Shown one piece after another: positions 54,630 through 64,000 of a stretch of 64,000 bases of DNA; the stretch's first letter is position 1, and the number at the start of each line of letters is the position of its first letter. Origin of the DNA: Pachysolen tannophilus NRRL Y-2460 (taxonomy: Eukaryota); assembly GCA_001661245.1 (NCBI GenBank), contig KV454018.1, positions 377,944 through 441,943 on the forward strand. Reading direction: 5' to 3'. The notes under the pieces are model-generated. The model was not told where the DNA came from. It saw nothing but the letters and a program-made list of their open reading frames with translations, and searched no databases. Both the position numbers and the translations under genes were made by a program.

Positions 54630-57600
54630 ATGTATAGACTAGTGCCTGGTCAAAATTCAAATTCACCATACCCTTCACCTTCACCTTCACATACAAATTC
54701 AAATTCACATACAAATTTACATACAAATTTACAGCTGCAGCCCCGGTCCCAGCCCCGGTCTTTTCAACAACGGCCTCATTTACATTATCAATCCCAATCA
54801 TTAAATAATATTTATCATCATACTTCGAGAACAAATTCAATTTCATCATTCAGGTCAAATGCTACAGAAGATACAATTTCTTCTCTGGTAACTGCAAGAT
54901 CACAACAAAGTAATCAGATTCCTAGAGATGTATCCACAGGATCTCTTTTTGATTTGGATCCAAAATTTATTAAAAAACCAAGACAAAAAGTTCATCAACA
55001 AAATAGACTGTTGCAATATCCAAAAAATAACTCCATCTCAAGTCTGAGTCTGTACCGACAACAACTGAACCCCAACTATCATCATCATCAACAGCTGCAG
55101 CATCAGCATCAGCAACATCAACAGTTTCAGCTTCAACAACAACAGCATCAACAACAGCTGCAGCTGCAGCTGCTTCTGCATTACAAGTACCAACAGCAAT
55201 TTCAAAAACCTTTACAGTATCGTCAAAGTGGCTCTTACCTTTTCCCCAACGGTGAAGTTTTCAGACCAAGGCAACATCCGAAAAATAGATCTGGTAGACC
55301 TCCAAAGATTTGTCCTCCTCCTCAACATGAGCATCAACAACAATCATTTCATTCTAGTTCGTCAATGCCAGATTTAGCTGGGAATCAATTTCAGCAGCAG
55401 CAGCAGCAGCAACAGCAGCAACAGCAACAGTGTGATATGTTGAAACCTCCTCCTACACAACTTAATATTAATGGAAGTACTTTTTTAGATGATAGTAATT
55501 TGCAGCTGTCCAAACAAGATCAAGATCAAAAACAAGAACATCAAGAACAAGAGCAACTGAACCTTCAATTTTCTGTATCACCAGTTATGGATCAGACACA
55601 TGATTCTGCTGCAGATACTTTAGAACTTCAGCCTCCTTCTGGTATCAATACTATTTCTAAAGAAAATTCAAGAAAGAGACTTTCTTCTTCATCTTCATCT
55701 TCTTCATCAAATTTACAACAAGTTTCCACTTCTTCTTCATCAGTATCAGTCAATGCAATCAACTCTTCTTCAAGTCCAAGCCCTTCAAGAGCTAATACTG
55801 ATACTCCAGCATCTTCTATCAACAATGATGAGTATCATGCATATTTAACACTGAACAAAATTGTGGCCAGAAATAATGCAAGTGTTTCAAATTTGCACAG
55901 TATTTCAAGCACCGATATGGAATCTATAGAAAGTTTCAGAAATATACATAATCCAGTATCGATCAAGGAAAATGGACAAGTTGAAGATGGTTCAATACAA
56001 TCAAAAATTCTGGTTGATTCTTCTAATAATGGTGGTGGTCATGGACATGTAGATGTTGGATTGTCAATGATTAGAGAAGTTAGTTCTAGCAGTAGGCTCA
56101 ACACAGAAATTGATAAAAATGCTAATGGAAGTTTAAAAGAAGACGCTGTGAATAAGATACGGGATTTAGATCAAAGTCCAGTAATTCTTGAAAATCATTC
56201 TCCATTAAGTAATAACTATGATGGCTCTGAATCAACTTTGACTGCTGCAGATAGTAATGGTATTGCTTCTACAATTGTATCTACAGAACTGCTGCAAGAT
56301 ACAGGACCTTCTTCAGTTGACAATTCTGTGCCGGAAGAAAAAACCCCTACGAATCCAGCAGTTGTTCAATCTTCGATACTGACACCACTACTCAATTCAC
56401 AAAATGCTATCAATGATCTGAAACCATCATTTCGAAGAGAAGTTCCAAAATCTCTGGCTCTTCTTAGGGAAGAGTTAGGAAGAACTAAAAAGAATGATAA
56501 GTCAAAGAAGCAATTTGGGTTTTCGAAGTTATTTCTGAAAGTTTTTTCATCTTCTGATAAGAAAATTGATACCCCACTGGTTCATCAAAAGAAATCTTCT
56601 TTTAATTCTCGAAATGGTAAGAAACAAAAATTTTTACCATCAGATATGAAGGTAAGTTATTTACAGAGAACTTTTTCATCTAATAGTTTACATAGCTTTG
56701 CCGATAAATTTCATAGTTCAGGGAAATCAGAATCGATTAATCTGAACCTGGAGAAGTTTTACGATTGTTTTGAAGAAGAAAGCTTACCATTACCTTCTGA
56801 AGATATAACAAATAGTATTGTTAATATTGATAGCATGACGAAAAGTGGTAGTGCATATGAAATTCATCTTGAAGAAGATTTAGAAAATGTTACTGAGTTT
56901 TTCATAGACTTCAAAGACTTTGATGGGACTAAAGATGTTGTTATAGAAGAGGACGAGACTGAATCTTTATTGAGTTTTTCTCCAAATGATGATAGCACTA
57001 TTAAAATTGGCAAACGAACAGAGTCCTTAACTGATGAACAAAATGAAATCCCTGATAAATCTCAAGAGAAATCACCATCTCGGATTATTTCTGAAAATAA
57101 TGGAAATGATGATGACATAATACAATTTGATGCTGAAGAGAAACTGTTATATTCAAAACTAATGCAAACAGGGGTAACGACATTCCCGGATTTGACTGAC
57201 AAGCAACTCGATGGAAATTTGACTGGAAGGGAATCGTTAATAAGAAGAAACACAACGGTTTCTTCACAGAGCTCAGATACATCAATGAGAACTGCCAGAA
57301 CTTCATCATCTTCAACTGCTAAATCCTTTGAGTTTGAGGACCAGGAATATGAACAGCAGTTTTATTACCAGCAAAGGCATCATGATGTATTGATCGACGG
57401 GAAAGAAATTGATGATTGTGGTGTTGTTTTGGATGACAAATTACAAATTATAACCAATAATGTTTCCAAAAGACCACTTTCTACAAAAGAAGCTATCGAT
57501 GCTCCTTTACTCAAGAAAGGTGTTTTGAAATTAAAAAACGAAAGAAATGACAGAAATGATAGAAACGATAGAAGCAATAGGCCATCATCTTCAAGAAGTT

Positions 57601-57845
57601 CTAGTGCTGCTAGTGGAGGCAGCATGGGTAAATCAAAGATAAGCTTTTCAAATAAGATCTACATTAACGACACTTATTCCTCCACTGATTATAACAGGTA
57701 TAACCAACAGTTAAAAGATAATTACCAACTATTATCGTGTTCTCCACAGATGATCAAAGAAATTAGAATGGAATTGAATAATTTTAAGGTTGCAATGGAG
57801 ATTCATGAATTGTCTAGACAAAACACCCACTTTTTCCATGTTTAA
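54630..57845 (+). CDS. AFR1: Afr1/YER158C-like (Bni4-related) Glc7/PP1-targeting protein
   Basis: YLFPNGEVFRP motif, C-terminal KISF RVxF-like motif plus NDTYS..DY.R...ELNNFK..MEIHE.SR..THFF; near STN1/RRP8/COG3, the neighbours of AFR1/YER158C in S. cerevisiae. Confidence 0.7.
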   Translation: MYRLVPGQNSNSPYPSPSPSHTNSNSHTNLHTNLQLQPRSQPRSFQQRPHLHYQSQSLNNIYHHTSRTNSISSFRSNATEDTISSLVTARSQQSNQIPRDVSTGSLFDLDPKFIKKPRQKVHQQNRLLQYPKNNSISSLSLYRQQLNPNYHHHQQLQHQHQQHQQFQLQQQQHQQQLQLQLLLHYKYQQQFQKPLQYRQSGSYLFPNGEVFRPRQHPKNRSGRPPKICPPPQHEHQQQSFHSSSSMPDLAGNQFQQQQQQQQQQQQQCDMLKPPPTQLNINGSTFLDDSNLQLSKQDQDQKQEHQEQEQLNLQFSVSPVMDQTHDSAADTLELQPPSGINTISKENSRKRLSSSSSSSSSNLQQVSTSSSSVSVNAINSSSSPSPSRANTDTPASSINNDEYHAYLTLNKIVARNNASVSNLHSISSTDMESIESFRNIHNPVSIKENGQVEDGSIQSKILVDSSNNGGGHGHVDVGLSMIREVSSSSRLNTEIDKNANGSLKEDAVNKIRDLDQSPVILENHSPLSNNYDGSESTLTAADSNGIASTIVSTELLQDTGPSSVDNSVPEEKTPTNPAVVQSSILTPLLNSQNAINDLKPSFRREVPKSLALLREELGRTKKNDKSKKQFGFSKLFLKVFSSSDKKIDTPLVHQKKSSFNSRNGKKQKFLPSDMKVSYLQRTFSSNSLHSFADKFHSSGKSESINLNLEKFYDCFEEESLPLPSEDITNSIVNIDSMTKSGSAYEIHLEEDLENVTEFFIDFKDFDGTKDVVIEEDETESLLSFSPNDDSTIKIGKRTESLTDEQNEIPDKSQEKSPSRIISENNGNDDDIIQFDAEEKLLYSKLMQTGVTTFPDLTDKQLDGNLTGRESLIRRNTTVSSQSSDTSMRTARTSSSSTAKSFEFEDQEYEQQFYYQQRHHDVLIDGKEIDDCGVVLDDKLQIITNNVSKRPLSTKEAIDAPLLKKGVLKLKNERNDRNDRNDRSNRPSSSRSSSAASGGSMGKSKISFSNKIYINDTYSSTDYNRYNQQLKDNYQLLSCSPQMIKEIRMELNNFKVAMEIHELSRQNTHFFHV

Positions 57846-58239
57846 ACTGAATGAAAGGTGCATTTTTTTTTTCTTTTTTTCTTTCTTTTCTTTCTTTTTT
57901 ATTTATTAATTATTGTTGTTGGTTCATTTTATTTTTATTTTATTTTCTGTTCATATCATTTCTTGATTAATCTTATTTTGTGTCTTAATGTTCTTTGACA
58001 CTTCTTTTTTTTTTTTTTAATTTAACTTTAATAACTTACTTAATTCTTCATATTACTTTTATTAGTACCGACTTTTTCTTAATTTGAGAACTGTTGTTCA
58101 ATAATTTACTTTTAGATAATAACTTAATACAGATTTTCAATCGAACTTTACAATGTGTTATCCTTTTAAATAAAATAAATTAATTACTGTGAAAACAAGT
58201 TAAAAAGATCAAATAAAAAAAAAAATGAAAGTGAAAAAT

Positions 58240-58743
58240 TTAACTACCACGATATGTAGTATAACTATGATTTGACAAAAGCAATGGAACATGATAATGA
58301 TGATCAGGAGGTTCATTGACTTCAAATATAACATCAATAAAGGGGAAAAAAGTTCTATTTTGTGAATTTTGTGTATCCAGACTTGGTAAAGTCTTGAAAT
58401 ATTTCAGAGTTTGAAATCTAATCTTATAAATTCCCGGAATTAATACAGTCCAAGTACCATTACTTATACCTATTTTCTCGCCCGTAGCATTAGTCAATTT
58501 AGGGTCAATAGTCCATTGTCCAACTCTACCGTCTTTATTGGATTTCGCAAGAGCAAATGGTTTAATTGAAGTTTCTGTATCTTCATAGTAATCGCCATCG
58601 ATATTGCTATTACCGTTACCGTTACCGTTTGCACCAGCACCAGCACCAGCACCAGATAAACAAAAAATCGCACAAGTAACGTTAGCAGCCGGTCTACCAT
58701 TAGCCGTATCCAAGATATGACAAGTTATCGGATCATTAGCCAT
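58240..58743 (-). CDS. 5-hydroxyisourate hydrolase (transthyretin-like)
   Basis: PITCHILDTANGRPA, DGRV, GIYKIRF, FFPFIDVIF, HYHVPLLLS, C-terminal YRGS signature. Confidence 0.95.
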   Translation of the reverse strand: MANDPITCHILDTANGRPAANVTCAIFCLSGAGAGAGANGNGNGNSNIDGDYYEDTETSIKPFALAKSNKDGRVGQWTIDPKLTNATGEKIGISNGTWTVLIPGIYKIRFQTLKYFKTLPSLDTQNSQNRTFFPFIDVIFEVNEPPDHHYHVPLLLSNHSYTTYRGS

Positions 58744-58942
58744 CTTTCATGTCAAGAATTCTAATTTAATTTGAATTATCATATAAAAATTGAATAATTA
58801 AAAAAAATGATTTATGGAAAATAGTTGAAAAAACAAATTGTAAACATTAAAAGATGTTTTAATTACAAAACAACAACAACAACAACAGCAGCAGCAGCAA
58901 TAGTACAGACTAATGGAAGGCTTTTTAATATGAAATTGTATA

Positions 58943-60397
58943 ATGTCAAAAGTACTAAATCCCAGATTGTTGAGTTTGAATATATCTGATTATACTCCTA
59001 GAAAAGAGCATGTGGTATTTGAGGACGAGAATGGGGTAGAATATTATTGTCAAGAATTGTTTAAAGAATCAGTGACGTTTCAGGAGAGAAACTATGTTCC
59101 TTTGTTTATTAAAGATGTTTTGAATTTGAAAGCGGTGAGCCTGGTTTATTTCCAGAACCCGTTATTGCGGAACTTGTATCTTTTGCAAAATCATCCTTTT
59201 CAGAAAATCAGAGTTACAGGAAGAGTTCTTGCAGAGAATGTTGTTACCATTAAAGAGGAGAAATTTTACTTACTATCGATAGATGATTCTTCTAGTGCGC
59301 AGTATTTGACTTGTAAATTATCAGAGGCAAGATACTTGGGATGTGGATTAGTACCTGATAAGAGTTATGGAAAGATCTTGATCTTGTATGGAGAATTGGA
59401 AGTTTTCAAAGATATAAAAGAATTGCATGCGGAATATGCTGAAGTTATTGGGAATGAAGGAGATTTAAGTGTTGAATTGGAGCAATGGAAAGAATATTTA
59501 GATTTTAGAAAAAAAATATTATCAAAGCCATGGGTTGTCAATATACATGAACAAGATGAAAACGATGCAGTGATTAATATTGATTCTGATACAGACCAAG
59601 AAATGGATCTTTCGAATAAGCTTAAAATTGATTATAAAGATTTATTGGGGAAAGAAAATGAAAATCATTTGAATGTTTATCATTGTGGGAATGATAGGAA
59701 ATTAAATGAAATAATTCCTGTTCAAGATACTTTGAAAATTCCCCACATTCATGGAAAAAAAAGCAACAACAAGATAAATAATAATAATAATAATAACAGA
59801 AACAAAGAATCTATTGAAATTATAGATTTAACCTCTGAAGATGACAACATTTCTGTCAAATTAATGGAATCTCAATTCAAGCTGGAGTTTTTGAAATGGT
59901 GTATTATGAACAACGAAGAAAGATTTAGTTTCCTGAAGCCATTGGGAGATGAAAATTTAAATGACATCTTGAATCAATTAGCTATGATTAAATATAATAA
60001 TATGAATTTGAAGACTAGAGCTTTCCATGATATACGACATGAATTGACCAAATATAATAAATTGATAAAATGTACAAAATCAATGAATTGTAAAATTGAT
60101 AATTTTTTAACACTTTTCCATAACTTATTAAAATATTTGAATAATATCAAGATCAGAAATGATCAAGATATTCATTTTATTAAAAAATTCAACAGTTTAA
60201 AATATATAAAGAATTATTCAAAGATGAATAATGGTATAAATCTTGAAATAGATGTATTAAACGAACTAATCAAATGGATTACTACAAGTGTTTTGGCAGA
60301 TAATGGAGAAATGAAGTGGGAGTTCGCTAAAGATACAAATGAATGGTCTTATAAACCAGCAGATGATACACTGGTCATAGAATTGGATGGGTTATAA
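58943..60397 (+). CDS. STN1: Telomere-capping CST subunit
   Basis: OB fold (NHPFQKIRVTG, IDDSS), WH-like C-terminal half, adjacent to RRP8 as YDR082W/YDR083W are. Confidence 0.75.
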   Translation: MSKVLNPRLLSLNISDYTPRKEHVVFEDENGVEYYCQELFKESVTFQERNYVPLFIKDVLNLKAVSLVYFQNPLLRNLYLLQNHPFQKIRVTGRVLAENVVTIKEEKFYLLSIDDSSSAQYLTCKLSEARYLGCGLVPDKSYGKILILYGELEVFKDIKELHAEYAEVIGNEGDLSVELEQWKEYLDFRKKILSKPWVVNIHEQDENDAVINIDSDTDQEMDLSNKLKIDYKDLLGKENENHLNVYHCGNDRKLNEIIPVQDTLKIPHIHGKKSNNKINNNNNNNRNKESIEIIDLTSEDDNISVKLMESQFKLEFLKWCIMNNEERFSFLKPLGDENLNDILNQLAMIKYNNMNLKTRAFHDIRHELTKYNKLIKCTKSMNCKIDNFLTLFHNLLKYLNNIKIRNDQDIHFIKKFNSLKYIKNYSKMNNGINLEIDVLNELIKWITTSVLADNGEMKWEFAKDTNEWSYKPADDTLVIELDGL

Positions 60398-60494
60398 ATT
60401 GAATTAATGGTGGAGTTTTTTGCTTTTAAATTCTTGAATTTTGGGTTGTAATTTTAGTTACTGTATAAATATGTATCTTTTTATATATGCATTG

Positions 60495-60504
60495 TGAAAA
60501 TTTT
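60495..60504 (+). promoter_or_regulatory. RRPE element upstream of RRP8
   Basis: TGAAAATTTT about 80 bp before the ATG. Confidence 0.5.
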
Positions 60505-60575
60505 ATTTTTAATTTATTTTCCAATTTTATAAAATTGTAAAAAAAATTCATCAACTTGAAACGAAGGTTAAGGAG

Positions 60576-61739
60576 ATGTCGTTATTTGAAGTGAAAGGTT
60601 GGAATTTAAAATCTAAAGAGGTGAAAGTGGTCAAGCCTGAAAAGAAGGTTAAAAATAAAAAAAAACGAACCACAAACAAGGTTACAAAGCCAACAGGGAA
60701 TTTACAAGATAAGAAGAAGAAGTTGAAAAGTGAGAAAGGTAATAAACAGAAACATGGCTCATTATCAGAGGAAATAACAGGTGGAGATGGGAACGATGTT
60801 GTTGAAGCTGAGGCTGATGTTGGTGTTGATGCCGATGTTGATGTTGATGTAGATGCAGGTGCTAGTGAGATGTCTAATTCTAAACTTACTCCATTACAGA
60901 AAAAGATGATGGCTAAATTATCAGGATCGAGGTTTAGATGGATTAACGAGCAGTTTTACACTATATCTTCGGAGGATGCTTTAAAATTGGTTCAAGAGCA
61001 ACCTTCACTTTTTGATGAATATCATAAAGGATTTCGTTCTCAAGTTCAATCATGGCCTGAAAACCCAGTAGATGTTTTCTTTTCTCAAATTAAAACAAGA
61101 ACTCAAAAGCCAGTCAACGCACCAGGTGGATTACCAGGATTACCAAATAAACAAGTTGTGATTGCCGATATGGGATGTGGTGAAGCACAATTATCCTTGG
61201 ATATTTCGAATTTTTTGAAAACAAAAAATAAAAAACAACAACAGGGAAACCGTCATAAACGATTAGATATCATAGTACACAGTTTTGATTTGAAGAAAAC
61301 TAACAATAGAGTAACAGTGGCAGATATTAGAAACGTACCGTTACAAGATGGTTCATGTTCAATAGTTATATTTTGTTTAGCCTTGATGGGTACAAATTTC
61401 TTAGATTTTATCAAGGAAGCATATAGGTTATTAACACCAAGAGGAGAATTATGGATTTCTGAAATCAAATCAAGGTTTCAAGACCAAAAAGTCCAGGACT
61501 TTATCGACTCTTTAAAACTCTTTGGCTTCCATTTCAGATCTAGTGATGATTCGAATAAAATGTTTATAAAATTTGAATTTTTCAAACCATTGGTCCCAAC
61601 AGACTACTCCAAGGCACCACCAAAACAAAAAACAAAATTCATCGAGTTGGAAACAGAAAAGGAGTCACTAGAGAAAAGAAGAAAAGAACAACCAGAAGGC
61701 CAATGGCTCTTGAAGCCTTGTATCTACAAGAGAAGATGA
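60576..61739 (+). CDS. RRP8: 25S rRNA m1A methyltransferase
   Basis: LFEVKGW, KLSGSRFRWINEQ, SWPENPVD, IADMGCGEA, FCLALMGTN, LLKPCIYKRR. Confidence 0.95.
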   Translation: MSLFEVKGWNLKSKEVKVVKPEKKVKNKKKRTTNKVTKPTGNLQDKKKKLKSEKGNKQKHGSLSEEITGGDGNDVVEAEADVGVDADVDVDVDAGASEMSNSKLTPLQKKMMAKLSGSRFRWINEQFYTISSEDALKLVQEQPSLFDEYHKGFRSQVQSWPENPVDVFFSQIKTRTQKPVNAPGGLPGLPNKQVVIADMGCGEAQLSLDISNFLKTKNKKQQQGNRHKRLDIIVHSFDLKKTNNRVTVADIRNVPLQDGSCSIVIFCLALMGTNFLDFIKEAYRLLTPRGELWISEIKSRFQDQKVQDFIDSLKLFGFHFRSSDDSNKMFIKFEFFKPLVPTDYSKAPPKQKTKFIELETEKESLEKRRKEQPEGQWLLKPCIYKRR

Positions 61740-61982
61740 TCATCTCAAAGTTGAATGAAGTTCTTTTGGTGGTATTTTTTAGTCGTGTAACATTTTAATA
61801 AATAATAATCTTCGTTTAAAAAAGCGCTTACGTAGAATCAAGATGACTTGAAATAATTAACTGTTTATTGATTGATTGATTGATTGATTGAAGGTCTTGA
61901 TATAGACGAGTGTGTGTTGTCTTTGGAAGGAAGGTTCATCTATTTGGTAGTAGAGATAGAGATAGAGATTTAAATTTTGAAG

Positions 61983-64000
61983 ATGACTAGGAATCGTTCG
62001 GATTCTTTGAGTACGAGCAGGCACAGAAAGAATTCTGTTGTAAAATCAATTGCATTGAACGAAATTCCATTGATTGAGGATCATTTGACTAATAAATCGT
62101 TGAATATTAAAGGATCTGCTACTAATTTGAAAAGAATACGTTCAATTGATGATTTGAGTTTAAGGGGAAATGGAAGCAATGTTGGTGGTGATGATAATAG
62201 TAGTAATGGTACTAAAGGTGATGATGGTACTAAAGGTGGGCCGTTGATGACTTATCCATTCAACGACAAAGAGAAAAATGATTTATGGAATCAATATCTA
62301 GATTCTTTTGAGTTTGATAATTTAATATCGTTTGATGATGAACAAGAGTTGGTGGATAATTTGGAAAATGAAAAAATTTATCAGTTTAAAGATTATGTTG
62401 ATCTTACTTTGTTAGAAAATGGTAAATATGAAGTACAATGTGAACATTTAATTAATAATTTAGATCATTTATTACTTTCAAATCAAGAAATTTCATTGGA
62501 GACTTTAGAATTTCAGAAAAAATCTGATGATTTGATTAATAAAATCAATTTTTTAGAAAATATTTCAAATGAATTAAATAAAAATTTAAATTATTTTAAT
62601 TCATTGGATGATATTATAAAAATCTTAAATAAAACAAATTTAAATATTGGAAATAATAGTTTAAATACTAATATCTTGATTAAATTGGATGAATGTTTGA
62701 AATTTGTTAATGATCCAAATAATGCTAAATTTAAAGAAATTGAACTTTATAAAATGAAATTTAGACAATGTATGGTTAGAGCTTTAACTTTAATTAGAAA
62801 TTATGTTGTTGAAGGATTTAAAAAAATTTCAAATGAATTAAATTCCAAATTAAAAGTTGGTATGATTTCTAATGTGACAATTGAAGCTTTAATATATAAT
62901 AGATTTCAAGAAGATTGTTCCAAATTTAAACCATTGATAAACGAACTTTATATTAGAACAATTATAATTGAAGAAGATGATGAATCAAATTATGATAGTG
63001 AATATTTAGGATTATTAACTGATTGTTATAACAATTATTTTAAGATAAGAAAACATTTTTTAAGCAGTTATATCCATAATCATCTTTCAAATTATAATAG
63101 TACAAACAAAGTTTTAATTCATTATATTCAAGATAATATTTCATTTTTTTCAAATATTTGTAATAAAGAGCTTAAAATTTTTAAATCAATTTTTTATTCT
63201 AGTCCAAATTTAAACAAGTATAACAATAAAGTGATAAATAATGAATTTCAAGATATATTGAATCCACTTTATCAATTAGCAAGAACTAAAATTCTTAGGG
63301 AAACCAGTATTGATAGATTATGTGATGTAATTACATTGTTACAAAAATATTATGAATTTGAATATGATGAAGGTAATAGTGAAATTGAAAGTGTTGGAAT
63401 TGGTAATAATGAAAATAGTCTTGATTTAAAATTTGCATCTGATGATTCAGCACTAAATAAAACTATTAGATTTGATAAATTATTTGAACCAATCTTGAAA
63501 GAAGTTCAAACAAAATTAATCTTAAGAATACAAGTTTATATCGATAAAAATATTTTAAATTATAAACCTAGTGGGGAAGAATTAACTATTGCTAATCGAA
63601 GAATTAAACAAAAACAGAAATCAGAAAATTCAAATGCTGATGATGCTAGTTTTAATGATACAGCTAGTAGTATCGTTACTACTACCAGTATGATTGATGA
63701 AAACATTAATAAGACTCTTAAAGAATTTAATATTGATCAGGATGAAACTAGCAGTTCCTTATATTATCCACCGATTCTTAAATCGATTAAATTATTAAAC
63801 AAGATTTATCAGTTGGTTGATCCAAAGATTTTTTCAGATTTAGCAAATTCAATTGTTCATTTATTGATCTTATCCATTAGAGAAACATTTGAAAAAAATT
63901 ATGTTATTAATAATAAAAATAAAACAGATTTGAAACTTTACTTGATAAAAAATTATATTTTTTTGAAAAAAGTGTTGGATACCAATTTTGATATTGAATA
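61983..64000 (+). CDS. COG3: Conserved oligomeric Golgi complex subunit 3 (runs off the window)
   Basis: Open frame from ATG 61983 with KLDECLKFV, FKEIELYKMKFRQCMVRALTLIRNY, DCYNNYFKIR, YYPPILKSIKLL..IYQL Sec34/Cog3 motifs; absent from the ORF track because there is no stop in the window. Confidence 0.88.
   Translation, partial: MTRNRSDSLSTSRHRKNSVVKSIALNEIPLIEDHLTNKSLNIKGSATNLKRIRSIDDLSLRGNGSNVGGDDNSSNGTKGDDGTKGGPLMTYPFNDKEKNDLWNQYLDSFEFDNLISFDDEQELVDNLENEKIYQFKDYVDLTLLENGKYEVQCEHLINNLDHLLLSNQEISLETLEFQKKSDDLINKINFLENISNELNKNLNYFNSLDDIIKILNKTNLNIGNNSLNTNILIKLDECLKFVNDPNNAKFKEIELYKMKFRQCMVRALTLIRNYVVEGFKKISNELNSKLKVGMISNVTIEALIYNRFQEDCSKFKPLINELYIRTIIIEEDDESNYDSEYLGLLTDCYNNYFKIRKHFLSSYIHNHLSNYNSTNKVLIHYIQDNISFFSNICNKELKIFKSIFYSSPNLNKYNNKVINNEFQDILNPLYQLARTKILRETSIDRLCDVITLLQKYYEFEYDEGNSEIESVGIGNNENSLDLKFASDDSALNKTIRFDKLFEPILKEVQTKLILRIQVYIDKNILNYKPSGEELTIANRRIKQKQKSENSNADDASFNDTASSIVTTTSMIDENINKTLKEFNIDQDETSSSLYYPPILKSIKLLNKIYQLVDPKIFSDLANSIVHLLILSIRETFEKNYVINNKNKTDLKLYLIKNYIFLKKVLDTNFDIE

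Overview
Gene-dense, very AT-rich budding-yeast (Saccharomycotina) chromosomal segment from a draft assembly, with an N-gap at about 45925-46183 and several probable homopolymer indels. It holds about 30 protein genes: DLD1, BUB1/MAD3, GPI16, HSH155, APL6, an ELM1-like kinase, MSS4, MOT1, CUZ1, RPP1, ELA1, PDR16, CSL4, CHS5, VMA7, a TACO1/DPC29 homologue, a four-exon MIN8-like gene missed by the ORF track, two mitochondrial carriers, BDH, intron-containing UBC12, a GPI wall protein, TCD1/2, NAT2-like, urate oxidase, AFR1-like, HIU hydrolase, STN1, RRP8 and the 5' part of COG3. It also holds an intron-containing tRNA-Leu(UAG) and a dispersed 5S rRNA gene. The main signal is that CTG codons sit at positions where homologues have Ala or other small residues, not Leu. 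The organism therefore very probably uses the CUG=Ala code (Pachysolen/Nakazawaea/Peterozyma-type yeast, a known code variant), and the supplied translations are wrong at CTG. A tRNA-Leu(UAG) with a long structured intron in this same genome raises the question of how it is kept from misreading CUG. Gene identities and homologue residues come from remembered motifs, not database searches.
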